A DNA stretch of 32,000 bases from Bellilinea caldifistulae (GCF_001306055.1 NZ_LGHJ01000019.1:30001-62000), one strand, 5' to 3'; counted from the first letter of the stretch, positions 1-9,226 are shown. The notes: generated by a model not told the origin, from the letters alone. Made by a program: numbers and translations.

Positions 1-880
1 CAACCGTTGTCGGGGGGCTAAAGTAAACGGCAAATTGGTTACCTTAGATTACACCCTCAAAACCGGTGATCAAGTCGAAATCCTGACCGCCAAACAGGGC
101 GGTCCCAGTCGCGACTGGCTCAACCCCTCATTAGGATTGGTGAAAACCCAGCGTGCCAGATCGAAAATCCGGGCGTGGTTCAAAAAGCAAGACCGCGAAC
201 AAAACCTGACCCAGGGTAAAGCCATGTTCGAGAAAGAATTGCGCCGCCTTGGGATTACCGATGTGGATGTTGAAAAGCTGGCACAGGATTTTGACTTTAA
301 GAACGCGGATGATTTGTATGTTGCCATCGGATGCGGGGACATTGGCCTGGGCAGGGTGATTAACCGTATCAGCGATGATAATGCCAAGAAAGATCCCTTC
401 ATTTTTACCTTGCACCAACCTAAGGAAAGTAAACCTCCCGGAAATGGTGTTACCGTCCTTGGGTTGAAAGGCTTATTGACCACCTTTGCTCGTTGTTGTA
501 ATCCGGCCCCCGGTGATGAAATTGTCGGCTACATTACTCGCGGACGCGGCGCGACGATTCATCGTCAGGACTGCCCGAATGTACTGCGTTTGAAAGAACG
601 CGAACGGATTGTCAAAGTGACATGGGGTGAACCCCATCAAACTTATCCGGTTCATGTACTGGTAAAAGCTTATGACCGTCAGGGGCTAATGAACGACATT
701 TCGATGATTATCAGTAACGAAGAGGTGAATTTACTCGATATTGACTTGAAAGTCACCCATAATCTGGCATCGATTCACATGGTGGTTGAAGTCAGTGATA
801 TCAATCAACTCAGCCGGGTTCTGACCCGGATCGAGAACCTTCCGAACGTTCTGGAAGCCCATCGCACCAATCCGGGTTAA
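1..880 (+). CDS. rel: RelA/SpoT-family (p)ppGpp synthetase/hydrolase, C-terminal part (5' end lies outside the window)
   Basis: The frame is open from nt 2 (NRCRGAKVNGKLVTLDYTLKTGDQVEILT, the end of a TGS domain). A conserved Cys-rich segment follows (FARCCNPAPGDEIVGYITRGRGATIHRQDCPN), then an ACT-like C-terminal domain (VLVKAYDRQGLMNDIS..VVEVSDINQLSRVLTRIENLPNV). The stop is at 878-880. The TTG at 35 in the track is internal. Confidence 0.9.
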   Translation, partial: NRCRGAKVNGKLVTLDYTLKTGDQVEILTAKQGGPSRDWLNPSLGLVKTQRARSKIRAWFKKQDREQNLTQGKAMFEKELRRLGITDVDVEKLAQDFDFKNADDLYVAIGCGDIGLGRVINRISDDNAKKDPFIFTLHQPKESKPPGNGVTVLGLKGLLTTFARCCNPAPGDEIVGYITRGRGATIHRQDCPNVLRLKERERIVKVTWGEPHQTYPVHVLVKAYDRQGLMNDISMIISNEEVNLLDIDLKVTHNLASIHMVVEVSDINQLSRVLTRIENLPNVLEAHRTNPG

Positions 881-896
881 AGACGAGGACGATCCC

Positions 897-2168
897 ATGA
901 CGGATTTAATATCGGTTAATCAAGCGCTTTCACAAATCCTCTCTGAATTCTCGTCACTGCCACCAGAAGAGATCGAAATATCCGAAGCGCTTTTCCGTAC
1001 ACTGGCTGAAGATATCCACTCGCCCTTCGACCTGCCGTTGTTTTCCAATTCGAGTGTAGATGGCTTTGCAGTCTGTGCCTCAAAAGATATCCGTGCCGGT
1101 TTGAGAGGAAATTTTACCCTGCCTGTGGTAGGCGATATTCCCGCAGGCGTACAAACCAACCTCCGGCTTGGAAAAGGTGAAACCGCTCGCATTATGACCG
1201 GCGCCCCCCTACCGGAAGGAGCAGATGCCGTATTACCTGTCGAAGACACCAGTTATCCGTACCGTGACGGTTCCGCACCGCTTCCCACCGAAGTGACTTT
1301 TTACCGCTTTCCCAAGCCGGGAGAAAATGTCCGTCCACGCGGTCAGGATGTTCAAAAAGGCCAGAAATTACTCATCAAAGGCAGAAAACTCCAGCCCCAA
1401 GATATTGGCATGCTGGCAACACTCGGACTTGACCGAATACCCGTCGTCCGAAAGCCAAGAATTGCCCTCTTTTCCAGCGGTGATGAATTGCTGTCTCCCG
1501 GTATTCCTCCCCAACCCGGTAAAATATTTGATGCCAACAGTTATTCACTGGGGCTGCTGGCCCAGCGTGAAGGCGCCGAAGTCATCCGTCTGGGGGTTGC
1601 CAGGGATCAGTATCAAGCCGTAGTGGATTTGTTCGAGAAGGCCAAAAACGCCAATACCGACCTGATTCTGACCTCTGCTGGTGTGAGTGTGGGTGCTTTC
1701 GATTTTGTTCGTCAGGTATTGGAAGAACACGGGCAGGTCAAACTCTGGCGAGTCAATATGCGCCCCGGAAAACCCCTGACGTACGGTTCATTTGCCGGTA
1801 TACCGGTTATCAGCCTGCCGGGCAATCCCGTTTCTGCATTCGTTGGTTTTCTGGTGTTTGTTCGCCCGGTCATTGCAAAACTTACTGGACTGGAACCCAC
1901 CCCACCCGCCACCCTACCGGTCATCCTTGAGCATCCCGTGCTTTCGGATGGAAGAGAAAGCTACTTGCGTGCCATTGTCCAAAAAACGCAAGATGGTTTT
2001 GTTGCTCGCCTTACCGGGCATCAGGGATCTGGCAATTTGTACTCCCTGGTTCAGGCAAACGCTTTACTGATTATCCCCGCGGGTGTAAAATCATTGCCTG
2101 CCGGAGAAACTGTTCAGGCTTGGTTGCTGGATGATGAACCATTACCGGTATTGGAGAAACCTGAATGA
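897..2168 (+). CDS. moeA: Molybdopterin molybdenumtransferase MoeA
   Basis: 423 aa with the MoeA three-domain layout. Hallmark motifs are SVDGFAV, IMTGAPLPEGADAV, LFSSGDEL, TSAGVSVG and SLPGNPVSAF. It starts 16 nt after the rel stop. Confidence 0.9.
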   Translation: MTDLISVNQALSQILSEFSSLPPEEIEISEALFRTLAEDIHSPFDLPLFSNSSVDGFAVCASKDIRAGLRGNFTLPVVGDIPAGVQTNLRLGKGETARIMTGAPLPEGADAVLPVEDTSYPYRDGSAPLPTEVTFYRFPKPGENVRPRGQDVQKGQKLLIKGRKLQPQDIGMLATLGLDRIPVVRKPRIALFSSGDELLSPGIPPQPGKIFDANSYSLGLLAQREGAEVIRLGVARDQYQAVVDLFEKAKNANTDLILTSAGVSVGAFDFVRQVLEEHGQVKLWRVNMRPGKPLTYGSFAGIPVISLPGNPVSAFVGFLVFVRPVIAKLTGLEPTPPATLPVILEHPVLSDGRESYLRAIVQKTQDGFVARLTGHQGSGNLYSLVQANALLIIPAGVKSLPAGETVQAWLLDDEPLPVLEKPE

Positions 2169-2599
2169 GGCTTTGGAAAAGAATTGCATTGCTCACGGCA
2201 TGGGTTGGCGTACTCGACTCGATTTACCTGACAATTCTAAAGTTAAGCAACAATAAATCATTATGTATTCAGGGAGTTGGCGATTGCTGGTCGGTCAATA
2301 CCAGCATTTATTCGGAAATTTTTGGAATTCCCATCGCCATACTGGGATTGGGTGCCTATGGGTTTATTCTCATGTTGCTGTGGGCGGAACGGCGCAGCCG
2401 TTTGGTCCATCAATATGCCGATTTTATCCTGTTCGGTGTCACATTAATCGGCATTATTTACTCAACCTACTTGACGTACCTTGAAATTGCGGTTATAAAA
2501 GCGATTTGTCCGTTCTGTGTGGTTTCAGCAGTCGCAATGTTGATTTTGTTTATTTATTCAGTTAAGAGACTGTTTGAACCGAGCGGCGATGAATCTTAG
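2165..2599 (+). CDS. Vitamin K epoxide reductase (VKOR)-family membrane protein
   Basis: 144 aa with about 4 TM segments. It has the loop Cys pair (SLCIQGVGDCWSV) and the CxxC in the last helix (CPFC) typical of bacterial VKOR homologues. Its ATGA start/stop overlaps moeA. Confidence 0.75.
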   Translation: MRLWKRIALLTAWVGVLDSIYLTILKLSNNKSLCIQGVGDCWSVNTSIYSEIFGIPIAILGLGAYGFILMLLWAERRSRLVHQYADFILFGVTLIGIIYSTYLTYLEIAVIKAICPFCVVSAVAMLILFIYSVKRLFEPSGDES

Positions 2600-2616
2600 C
2601 TCCTCAGGAGGATCGA

Positions 2617-2850
2617 ATGCCAAAAATCCGCTGCCACTATATTGATTGCGCTTTCCTCGACGATGGTTATTGCAGTGCTGCACTCGTAGAAATTGACCCC
2701 GATTCGGGCTGCCTCACCTACTCTCCCACCGCCGAGAGTGAACATGAGGATGAGTGGGACGAAGAAGAAATCGAAGAATGGGAAGATTTAGAAGAGGAAC
2801 TGGAAGAAGAAGACGAAGATTGGATTGACGACGACGAAGAAGAGTTCTAA
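2617..2850 (+). CDS. Small Cys4 protein with a poly-acidic tail (DUF1540-like N-terminus?)
   Basis: 77 aa. A strong SD (AGGAGG, 2605-2610) lies 6 nt before the ATG, and an intrinsic terminator follows directly. The N-terminal 35 aa carry 4 Cys (C6, C11, C19, C32). The C-terminal ~40 aa are almost entirely D/E, punctuated by W/F. Confidence 0.65.
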   Translation: MPKIRCHYIDCAFLDDGYCSAALVEIDPDSGCLTYSPTAESEHEDEWDEEEIEEWEDLEEELEEEDEDWIDDDEEEF

Positions 2851-2874
2851 TTTTGATATTTCCTTTGGGCAATA

Positions 2875-2907
2875 CCCCGGATAAGGCTGGGATTCCGGGG
2901 TTTTTTT
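2875..2907 (+). terminator. Rho-independent terminator after the small acidic protein gene
   Basis: A 7-bp GC-rich stem, CCCCGGA (2875-2881) with TCCGGGG (2894-2900), has a 12-nt loop and is followed by TTTTTTT (2901-2907). Confidence 0.8.
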
Positions 2908-2914
2908 GTGAAAA

Positions 2915-4225
2915 TTGGATGCAATGGCACAGGAAAATCTTCTCCAAAAGAGTTTACGGTTCAACACCATTGTCAACCTGATCGATGGGGGATTTTTTGG
3001 ATTTGCCCTGGGTCTTGCCTCATTTAGCACGGTAATTCCTCTTTTTATCGCCAACTTTACCGATTCGGCCGCCTGGATCGGTCTGGTTCCCGCTATCCAT
3101 GCCGTAGGCTGGCAATTTCCGCAATTATTGACTGCCCGCTGGGTCAGCCGCATGAAACGTTTCAAACCGTTTGTGTTGTTTATGACGGTGCAGGAGCGTC
3201 TTCCTTTTTTAGGACTGGCATTACTGGCATGGTGGTCTCCGGCGATTGATAATCGGCTTACGCTGACCATTGCATTCTCGCTTCTCATCTGGCAAGGAGT
3301 TGGCGGAGGATTGACCGCAAATGCCTGGCAAAATTTCATCGGAAAAATCATCCCCTACAACCTGCGGGCTACTTTCTTTGGCGCTCAATCAGCAGCAGCC
3401 AACCTCTTAGGTGGAATTGGGGCGATTCTGGCCGGCTTTCTACTGGAACGGCTTGATTTTCCAACCAATTTTATGGTTTGTTTTCTGCTTGCCAGTGGGA
3501 TGATGGTCGTATCGTGGGTGTTCCTTTCCCTCAGCCGCGAACCCGATCACCCAATAGACTCGCAGCCGGATAATCAAAAGGTTTTCTGGCAAAAAGTCCT
3601 GGTGATTATCCGCAAGGATCGCCCCTTCCGCTGGTTTATCATCAGCCGAATTCTGTTTCAATTTGCAACCATGGCTGCCGCTTTCTATACGGTCTATGCG
3701 GTCAAAGTGCTCGGCATGGGAGAAGTTGCTGCCGGTGTAATGACCAGCATCCTGTTTATCGTTCAGGTTGTCTCCAACATGGCGTTTGGCTGGCTGGCAG
3801 ATCGAAAAGGCCGATTGCCGGTGTTGATGATCGGAGCATTGTGTTCGGTCATCGCTGCTGGCGCAGCCTGGCTTGCTCCGGATTACAACTGGTTTTATGC
3901 CATTATGATTTTTGCCGGAATGGCAAGTTCGGTTTTCTGGACAATTGGCATTGCCGTCAGCCTTGAATTTGGGACGGAACAGGAACGCCCGACCTATGTT
4001 GGTTTGGCCAATACACTCATCGCCCCCAGTGCAATCCTTGCGCCGCTGTTGGGCGGCTGGTTAGCCGATTGGGTGAGCTATCGTCTGACTTTTCTGGTAT
4101 CGGCTTTGTTTGGGCTATTGACCTGGTTGATTCTCTTCTTGTTTGTCCGCATCCCACAAAAAGCCCCCCTACCCGCAGCATTGGCTTATTCTGCTGATCC
4201 CCCTCTCGAAACACGAAACCAATGA
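2915..4225 (+). CDS. MFS transporter
   Basis: 436 aa with about 12 predicted TM helices. It has an MFS motif-A-like GWLADRKGR in the second half and a central cytoplasmic loop (SREPDHPIDSQPDNQK). The start could be ATG 2915 or ATG 2924; no obvious SD. Confidence 0.8.
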   Translation: MDAMAQENLLQKSLRFNTIVNLIDGGFFGFALGLASFSTVIPLFIANFTDSAAWIGLVPAIHAVGWQFPQLLTARWVSRMKRFKPFVLFMTVQERLPFLGLALLAWWSPAIDNRLTLTIAFSLLIWQGVGGGLTANAWQNFIGKIIPYNLRATFFGAQSAAANLLGGIGAILAGFLLERLDFPTNFMVCFLLASGMMVVSWVFLSLSREPDHPIDSQPDNQKVFWQKVLVIIRKDRPFRWFIISRILFQFATMAAAFYTVYAVKVLGMGEVAAGVMTSILFIVQVVSNMAFGWLADRKGRLPVLMIGALCSVIAAGAAWLAPDYNWFYAIMIFAGMASSVFWTIGIAVSLEFGTEQERPTYVGLANTLIAPSAILAPLLGGWLADWVSYRLTFLVSALFGLLTWLILFLFVRIPQKAPLPAALAYSADPPLETRNQ

Positions 4226-4560
4226 TAGGCAAAAAAATAAAGCGGTGAAATCAGAATCACAAAAAAGAACAAGAACATCTTGGGTATTCCCAAAGTCCAT
4301 AAAAACATCAACGAAAAAATTACGATCAATACTGACCCGGCTTTTTCGTTTTTGAGCGCCACAACATAACCGCTAATCATCCCCAATTGAAATACCAGAT
4401 TCAAGGGAAAATTATTTTCGATTAAATCCGGTTGCTGAAAAAAGATTTCGACCTGATTGATAAAGAAAGCCCCCATCAATAATAGCATCACCACACAGAA
4501 AAATCGGCCAATCCAAATGACTTTAAACCGATTGAACTTAAAAAGGGGTTCATCATCCAT
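4186..4560 (-). CDS. Hypothetical small membrane protein
   Basis: 124 aa with 3-4 hydrophobic helices, in a locally AT-rich stretch. The 3' end overlaps the convergent MFS gene by 40 nt. A possible TTGTGT-17-TATATA promoter lies on the - strand (4609-4581), with no clear SD. No family recognised. Confidence 0.45.
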   Translation of the reverse strand: MDDEPLFKFNRFKVIWIGRFFCVVMLLLMGAFFINQVEIFFQQPDLIENNFPLNLVFQLGMISGYVVALKNEKAGSVLIVIFSLMFLWTLGIPKMFLFFFVILISPLYFFAYHWFRVSRGGSAE

Positions 4561-4635
4561 GCCAACACCAATAAAATGATTATATAATGTTTACTGATTT
4601 AGTACACAAAACTGTATTTTTTCAAAGAAATTCAT

Positions 4636-4667
4636 AATAAAAATGCACCCGATTGATTACCGGGTGC
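4636..4667 (-). terminator. Rho-independent terminator downstream of glnS
   Basis: On the - strand the stem is GCACCCG..9-nt loop..CGGGTGC (+ coords 4645-4651 and 4661-4667). It is followed by ATTTTTATT (complement of 4636-4644), 26 nt after the glnS stop. Confidence 0.8.
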
Positions 4668-4693
4668 CTTCTTTACGTTTACCATAACCGTTT

Positions 4694-6379
4694 TTACTTC
4701 ATTTTCTGCTCAATTTTTGCCCAGGTATCCCGCAAAGTGACCGTCAGGTTGAAAACCAAAAGCGAATCGCTAGTATCCGGGTCAACACAAAAGAAACCCT
4801 TGCGTTCAAATTGGAAGCGGTCGCCCGGTTTTGCCTGAGCGAGGCTTTTTTCCACTTTGCATCCGGAAATAACCTTCATTGACTCGGGATTCAGATAATC
4901 GAGAAAAGTCTTGCCCTCTTCCGGTTGGCTAGGGTTGGGAACGGTGAACAGGCGGTCATACCAGCGTACTTCGGCATCCAGCGCGTGTGAGGCTGATACC
5001 CAATGGATGGTGCCTTGAACTTTTCGGCCATCCGGCGCGTAACCACCGCGCGTTTCCGGATCATAGGTGCAGTGGATTTCGCTCACCAGACCTGTTTGCG
5101 GATCTTTGACATAATCCACGCACTTGATGATGTAACCCCAGCGTAATCGCACCTCGCGGCCGGGAGCAAGACGGTAGTATTTTGGCGGGGGTTCTTCCCG
5201 AAAATCGTCCCTTTCGATATAAAGCTCACGGCTGAAAGGTACCTTGCGCGTTCCAGCAGCGGGGTCTTCCGGGTTGTTGATGGCTTCCAATTCTTCCACC
5301 TGCCCTTCCGGATAATTGACAATAATCAACTTCACCGGATCAATCACAGCCATCACCCGCGGGGCACGCAAGTTTAAGTCATCCCTGACCGCACTTTCCA
5401 ACAGGGCTACATCCACCACGCTCTCTTTTTTGGAAACCCCCACCATGCCAATAAATTTACGAATGGCTTCGGGAGTGTAACCCCGACGGCGCATCCCTCG
5501 CAAGGTCGGCATGCGAGGGTCATCCCATCCGCGCACATGCCCTTCTTCAACCAGTTGTTTCAAAAATCGCTTGCTCAGAATGGTATAGGTCAGGTTGAGT
5601 CGCGCAAATTCAATTTGACGACTCGGGAAAATACCCAACTCACGGATAAACCACTCATACAGGGGCCGATGGTCCTCATACGCCAAATCACAAAGAGAAT
5701 GGGTGATCCCTTCAATCGAATCGCATTGTCCGTGGGCAAAATCGTACATGGGGTAAATACACCATTGATTACCGGTCCGGTGATGCGTTGCGTGAATGAT
5801 ACGGTACATGACCGGATCGCGCATGTTAATGTTTCCAGAGGCCATATCAATTTTGGCCCGTAATACACACGCACCCTCTGGAAATTCACCTTTGCGCATT
5901 CGTTCAAAGAGGTCCAAATTTTCTTCAACGGTTCGATTGCGGTAGGGGCTTTCCCGGCCAGGTTCTGTCAGAGTACCCCGGTATTCTCGGATTTCCTCCG
6001 GGCTGAGATGGCACACATAGGCCTTCCCCTTCTTGATCAGTTGAACTGCAAACTCGTATAATTGCTCAAAATAATCCGAGGCGTAAAATTCCCGATCACC
6101 CCAATCAAACCCCAACCAGCGGATATCTTCTTTGATCGCTTCCACGTACTCTACATCTTCTTTGACCGGATTTGTATCATCAAACCGCAGGTTGGTTGTT
6201 CCACCAAACGCCTGAGCAGTTTCAAAATCAATGCAAATGGCTTTGGCGTGTCCAATGTGCAAATATCCGTTCGGTTCGGGTGGAAAACGGGTGCGTACAT
6301 AATTGAATCTTCCCGATTCGAGGTCTTCCCTCACTGCATCGAGAATGAAGTTACTGGATTCTTGGGATTGATCGGTCAT
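4694..6379 (-). CDS. glnS: Glutaminyl-tRNA synthetase
   Basis: 561 aa class I aaRS. It has the HIGH motif ([14 protein letters not shown]), a KMSKS-type loop (TILSKR), and the GlnRS-specific C-terminal beta-barrel anticodon-binding region. SD GGAGG (complement of 6389-6393) lies upstream of ATG 6379. Confidence 0.95.
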   Translation of the reverse strand: MTDQSQESSNFILDAVREDLESGRFNYVRTRFPPEPNGYLHIGHAKAICIDFETAQAFGGTTNLRFDDTNPVKEDVEYVEAIKEDIRWLGFDWGDREFYASDYFEQLYEFAVQLIKKGKAYVCHLSPEEIREYRGTLTEPGRESPYRNRTVEENLDLFERMRKGEFPEGACVLRAKIDMASGNINMRDPVMYRIIHATHHRTGNQWCIYPMYDFAHGQCDSIEGITHSLCDLAYEDHRPLYEWFIRELGIFPSRQIEFARLNLTYTILSKRFLKQLVEEGHVRGWDDPRMPTLRGMRRRGYTPEAIRKFIGMVGVSKKESVVDVALLESAVRDDLNLRAPRVMAVIDPVKLIIVNYPEGQVEELEAINNPEDPAAGTRKVPFSRELYIERDDFREEPPPKYYRLAPGREVRLRWGYIIKCVDYVKDPQTGLVSEIHCTYDPETRGGYAPDGRKVQGTIHWVSASHALDAEVRWYDRLFTVPNPSQPEEGKTFLDYLNPESMKVISGCKVEKSLAQAKPGDRFQFERKGFFCVDPDTSDSLLVFNLTVTLRDTWAKIEQKMK

Positions 6380-6400
6380 TTAGAAAACCTCCTGCAGATT

Positions 6401-6428
6401 AGAGAAAAGCACCCTCTCGAAAGGGTGC
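6401..6428 (-). terminator. Hairpin plus short T-tract between tRNA-Gln and glnS (leaky terminator or processing/stabilising hairpin)
   Basis: On the - strand the stem is GCACCCT..6-nt loop..AGGGTGC (+ coords 6422-6428 and 6409-6415), followed by TTTTCTCT (complement of 6401-6408). It ends only 21 nt before the glnS ATG. Confidence 0.55.
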
Positions 6429-6441
6429 TTTCGCCATCAGG

Positions 6442-6512
6442 CTGGGGGCAGAGGATTCGAACCCCTATCAACAGATCCAGAGTCTGCTGTCCTGCCGTTG
6501 GACGAGCCCCCA
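6442..6512 (-). tRNA. tRNA-Gln (anticodon CUG)
   Basis: Hand-folded cloverleaf on the - strand: TGGGGGC TC GTCC AACGGCA GGAC A GCAGA CTCTGGA TCTGT TGAT AGGGG TTCGAAT CCTCT GCCCCCA G. All four stems pair. It has U33, anticodon CTG, a TTCGAAT T-loop, a U1:A72 pair and G73. The next bases are CC then T, so a full CCA is not encoded. Confidence 0.9.
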
Positions 6513-6527
6513 AATCTAACGAGCCAC

Positions 6528-6556
6528 ATTCTATCACTTTTCCATATGGCTGTCTA
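6528..6556 (-). promoter_or_regulatory. Sigma70-like promoter for tRNA-Gln
   Basis: On the - strand, TAGACA (complement of 6551-6556), a 17-nt spacer, then TAGAAT (complement of 6528-6533). The -10 ends 15 nt upstream of the mature tRNA 5' end. It sits just after the gltX stop. Confidence 0.5.
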
Positions 6557-6559
6557 GGC

Positions 6560-8068
6560 TTACGCAGGGCTTTGTTCTTTCATCTGTTTTAAAAGTACAA
6601 CCGCTTTTTCCATCCTTTTTATGACGGTGTTCTTCCCAATGATTTCCATGCTCTCGAACAAGGGTGGACTGACTTTTTGGCCGGTTACAGCCACGCGGAT
6701 CAAGCCGAATACCTGGGCTGGTTTCAATCCGGTTTCCTCCACCAATTGACGCATGGGAGGCTCAGTGGTGGATACCTGCATATCGGGTAATTCTTTGAGG
6801 ATCGCCAATATCCTCTCTGCCAGTTCATAACTTTGCTTTACGGATAAATCCTTCACCAGCAATTCCTCGGGGACTGGCTGAACATCCTCAACGAAAAAGA
6901 AACCGGCTATTTCAGGAGCTTCATCCAGCGTGTGAAGGCGTTCCTGGATCAAGGGGGTGACTTTGAGCAAGGTTTCATCAGAAACCGAGTATCCTTTTTC
7001 AACCAGAAACGGCTTGACCCGTTTGGCCAGCTCTTCTATCGGCAAATGACGGATATGTAATCCGTTGAAATGATCAAATTTGGTAAAATTGATCGCCGCC
7101 GGTGCGGGGTTGAGTCGTTCCAAACTGAATTTTTCGATCAAATCGGCCATGGTGAAAAACTCGGTATGATCATCATAACTCCATCCCATCAACGCAATCC
7201 AATTGACGACCGCCTCCGGCAGATAACCAAGGCCTTGCAGATCTTTGATGAAAATGGAGTAACCATCCTTAATCAACTCAGCCGATTCGCGTTTGCTCAT
7301 TTTACCCTTGCCGCTGGGCTTTAGGAAAACCGAAAGGTGAACCCAAACCGGTTCCTGCCAGCCAAAAGCGCGGTGAATCAGCCCATGTAAAGGAAAGGTA
7401 GGCAGCCATTCCGAACCACGAATCACATGGGTGATCTTCATCAGGTGATCGTCCACCGCAGCCGCCAGATGGTATAGAGCCAACCCATCTGATTTGACCA
7501 GAATGTAATCATCCAAAACCCTATTCTCAACCGTAATCTCTCCGCGCAGCAAATCGGTCACGGTTGTAGTCCCCTCCTGCGGGGTTTTGAAACGAATCAC
7601 ATACGGTTCGCCGGCCATTGCCCGTGCTTTCGCTTCGCCCGGTTCAAGCCGCCGGCAGGTGCCGTTATAACGCGGTGATTCCTTACGGCTCAATTGTTCC
7701 TGTCGAACGGCCTCCAAACGTTGAGGTGAACAAAAGCAGTAGTAAGCTTTTCCTTCTTCGATTAACTGCTGGGCATATTGCTGGTAAATTTCTTTTCTCT
7801 GGGATTGGCGGTAAGGTGCGTAAGGGCCACCCTTGTCCGGGCCTTCATCCCACTCCAGCCCCAACCAGCGCAATCCCTGGATGATTTCCTCCTCAGCACC
7901 GGCAACATAACGCTTTCGGTCGGTATCCTCAATTCGCAAAATAAATTGACCGCCGGTTTTCCGGGCGATCAAATAATTGTAGAGCGCCGTGCGCGCTCCG
8001 CCAATATGTAAATGCCCGGTCGGCGATGGGGCAAAACGAACACGCACAGGTGAAAGCGACTCGACCAT
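6560..8068 (-). CDS. gltX: Glutamyl-tRNA synthetase
   Basis: 502 aa. It has HIGH-type PSPTGHLHIGGARTALYNY, KMSKS (GKMSKRES) and a helical C-terminal anticodon-binding domain. Confidence 0.95.
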   Translation of the reverse strand: MVESLSPVRVRFAPSPTGHLHIGGARTALYNYLIARKTGGQFILRIEDTDRKRYVAGAEEEIIQGLRWLGLEWDEGPDKGGPYAPYRQSQRKEIYQQYAQQLIEEGKAYYCFCSPQRLEAVRQEQLSRKESPRYNGTCRRLEPGEAKARAMAGEPYVIRFKTPQEGTTTVTDLLRGEITVENRVLDDYILVKSDGLALYHLAAAVDDHLMKITHVIRGSEWLPTFPLHGLIHRAFGWQEPVWVHLSVFLKPSGKGKMSKRESAELIKDGYSIFIKDLQGLGYLPEAVVNWIALMGWSYDDHTEFFTMADLIEKFSLERLNPAPAAINFTKFDHFNGLHIRHLPIEELAKRVKPFLVEKGYSVSDETLLKVTPLIQERLHTLDEAPEIAGFFFVEDVQPVPEELLVKDLSVKQSYELAERILAILKELPDMQVSTTEPPMRQLVEETGLKPAQVFGLIRVAVTGQKVSPPLFESMEIIGKNTVIKRMEKAVVLLKQMKEQSPA

Positions 8069-8085
8069 AATGCTCCTTGTGAACT

Positions 8086-9213
8086 CTAAAAATCTAAGGT
8101 CTGGCTATGGGCAGCCACGCTTTCCACCAGCCCAATCCCCAGAACCAATGAAATCAACGAACTTCCACCATAACTGATAAACGGCAAGGTCAGGCCGGTA
8201 ACCGGCAGCACATTTAAATTGACCCCAATATTAACCGCCATTTGAAAGAAAATCAAAATAGCAATTCCATAGGCAATTAAACTACCAAAAGCATCACTTG
8301 CCTTTTGTGCCACCCGCAGGCAACGGATGACCACGAAGACCAACAGTCCGATCACAAGGGTTGTTCCCACAAACCCGAACTCTTCCGCCATTGCCGAAAA
8401 GATGAAGTCCGTATGGCGCACTTTTAGAAAGCGTAATTGGACCTGGGTGCCAGCCCCGTATCCTTTGCCAAACGCCCCTCCATTTCCAATCGTGATGAGG
8501 GCTTGTTCAATGTTGTAAGTTTCACCGTGGCGGGCGTTTGGATCGGGGAAAAGGAAATTGACAATCCGGTCGACCTGATAAGGTTCAATAAAAGGTACAT
8601 CAACTCCCGCCGCCAATAGACCGACTAAGAGAGCAAATACGGTTACGCCGAGAATTCCAAAAATGATGATATAACGAGTCGGCAAACCGCTAATCCACAT
8701 CAATGCAAACCAGATCACAATGACGACGATGGAGGTGCTGAGGTTCGGCTGCAATAAAATCCACACCACCATTCCAAAAGTCATTAGCGCACTTTTGCCA
8801 ATCCATAGTAAATTTTTGGGTTGATCGGCTGTACGGGAAAAATAATCTGCCAGCACAATGATCATGATAATCTTTGCCAGCTCGGAGGGTTGAATATTGA
8901 TGATCCCCGCCCTAAACCAACGGGTGGATCCAAAGGCAGCCTCCCCAATGATGTTGATGCCAATCAACATCACCACCCCAAAAATGTACATCAGACGAGA
9001 TAATGAAGACCAGGTTCGGTAATTGATCGAGGCGGTGATCAGGATGATCCCCATCCCCAAAGCCACATAAATGGATTGGCTTTGAACAGAACCAGCCAGT
9101 TCTTCATTACCGGCAATCGCCGAGCGGATCATCACAATCCCAAATACACACAGGATTAATACCGCCCCAAACAACCAGTAATCAAAATGACGCCAGACTT
9201 CTCGCCGTAACAT
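8086..9213 (-). CDS. rodA: SEDS-family peptidoglycan glycosyltransferase (RodA by context; FtsW/RodA/SpoVE family)
   Basis: 375 aa with about 10 TM helices. SEDS motifs are present (QPSELAKI, HTDFIFSAMAEEFG, LPFISYGGSS). It lies in the mre/mrdA/min cluster. Confidence 0.85.
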   Translation of the reverse strand: MLRREVWRHFDYWLFGAVLILCVFGIVMIRSAIAGNEELAGSVQSQSIYVALGMGIILITASINYRTWSSLSRLMYIFGVVMLIGINIIGEAAFGSTRWFRAGIINIQPSELAKIIMIIVLADYFSRTADQPKNLLWIGKSALMTFGMVVWILLQPNLSTSIVVIVIWFALMWISGLPTRYIIIFGILGVTVFALLVGLLAAGVDVPFIEPYQVDRIVNFLFPDPNARHGETYNIEQALITIGNGGAFGKGYGAGTQVQLRFLKVRHTDFIFSAMAEEFGFVGTTLVIGLLVFVVIRCLRVAQKASDAFGSLIAYGIAILIFFQMAVNIGVNLNVLPVTGLTLPFISYGGSSLISLVLGIGLVESVAAHSQTLDF

Positions 9214-9226
9214 TTATTTTCTTAAA

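Noticed and set aside
2788-3351. 187-aa - strand ORF
   Set aside because: It is antisense to the MFS transporter 5' region and runs through the terminator hairpin. No motifs.
4143-4355. 70-aa Lys-rich + strand ORF after the MFS gene
   Set aside because: It overlaps the MFS 3' end in another frame and has a low-complexity basic composition from an A-rich strand. The opposite-strand hydrophobic ORF is the more plausible gene.
6380-6441. Possible T-box or other leader riboswitch upstream of glnS
   Set aside because: Only about 60 nt are available, containing a single simple hairpin. That is far too short for a T-box (specifier loop plus antiterminator), and no T-box consensus is present.
6062-6592. 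176-aa + strand ORF
   Set aside because: It runs antisense through the glnS 5' end, the hairpin, the tRNA-Gln gene and the gltX 3' end, so it cannot be a real gene.
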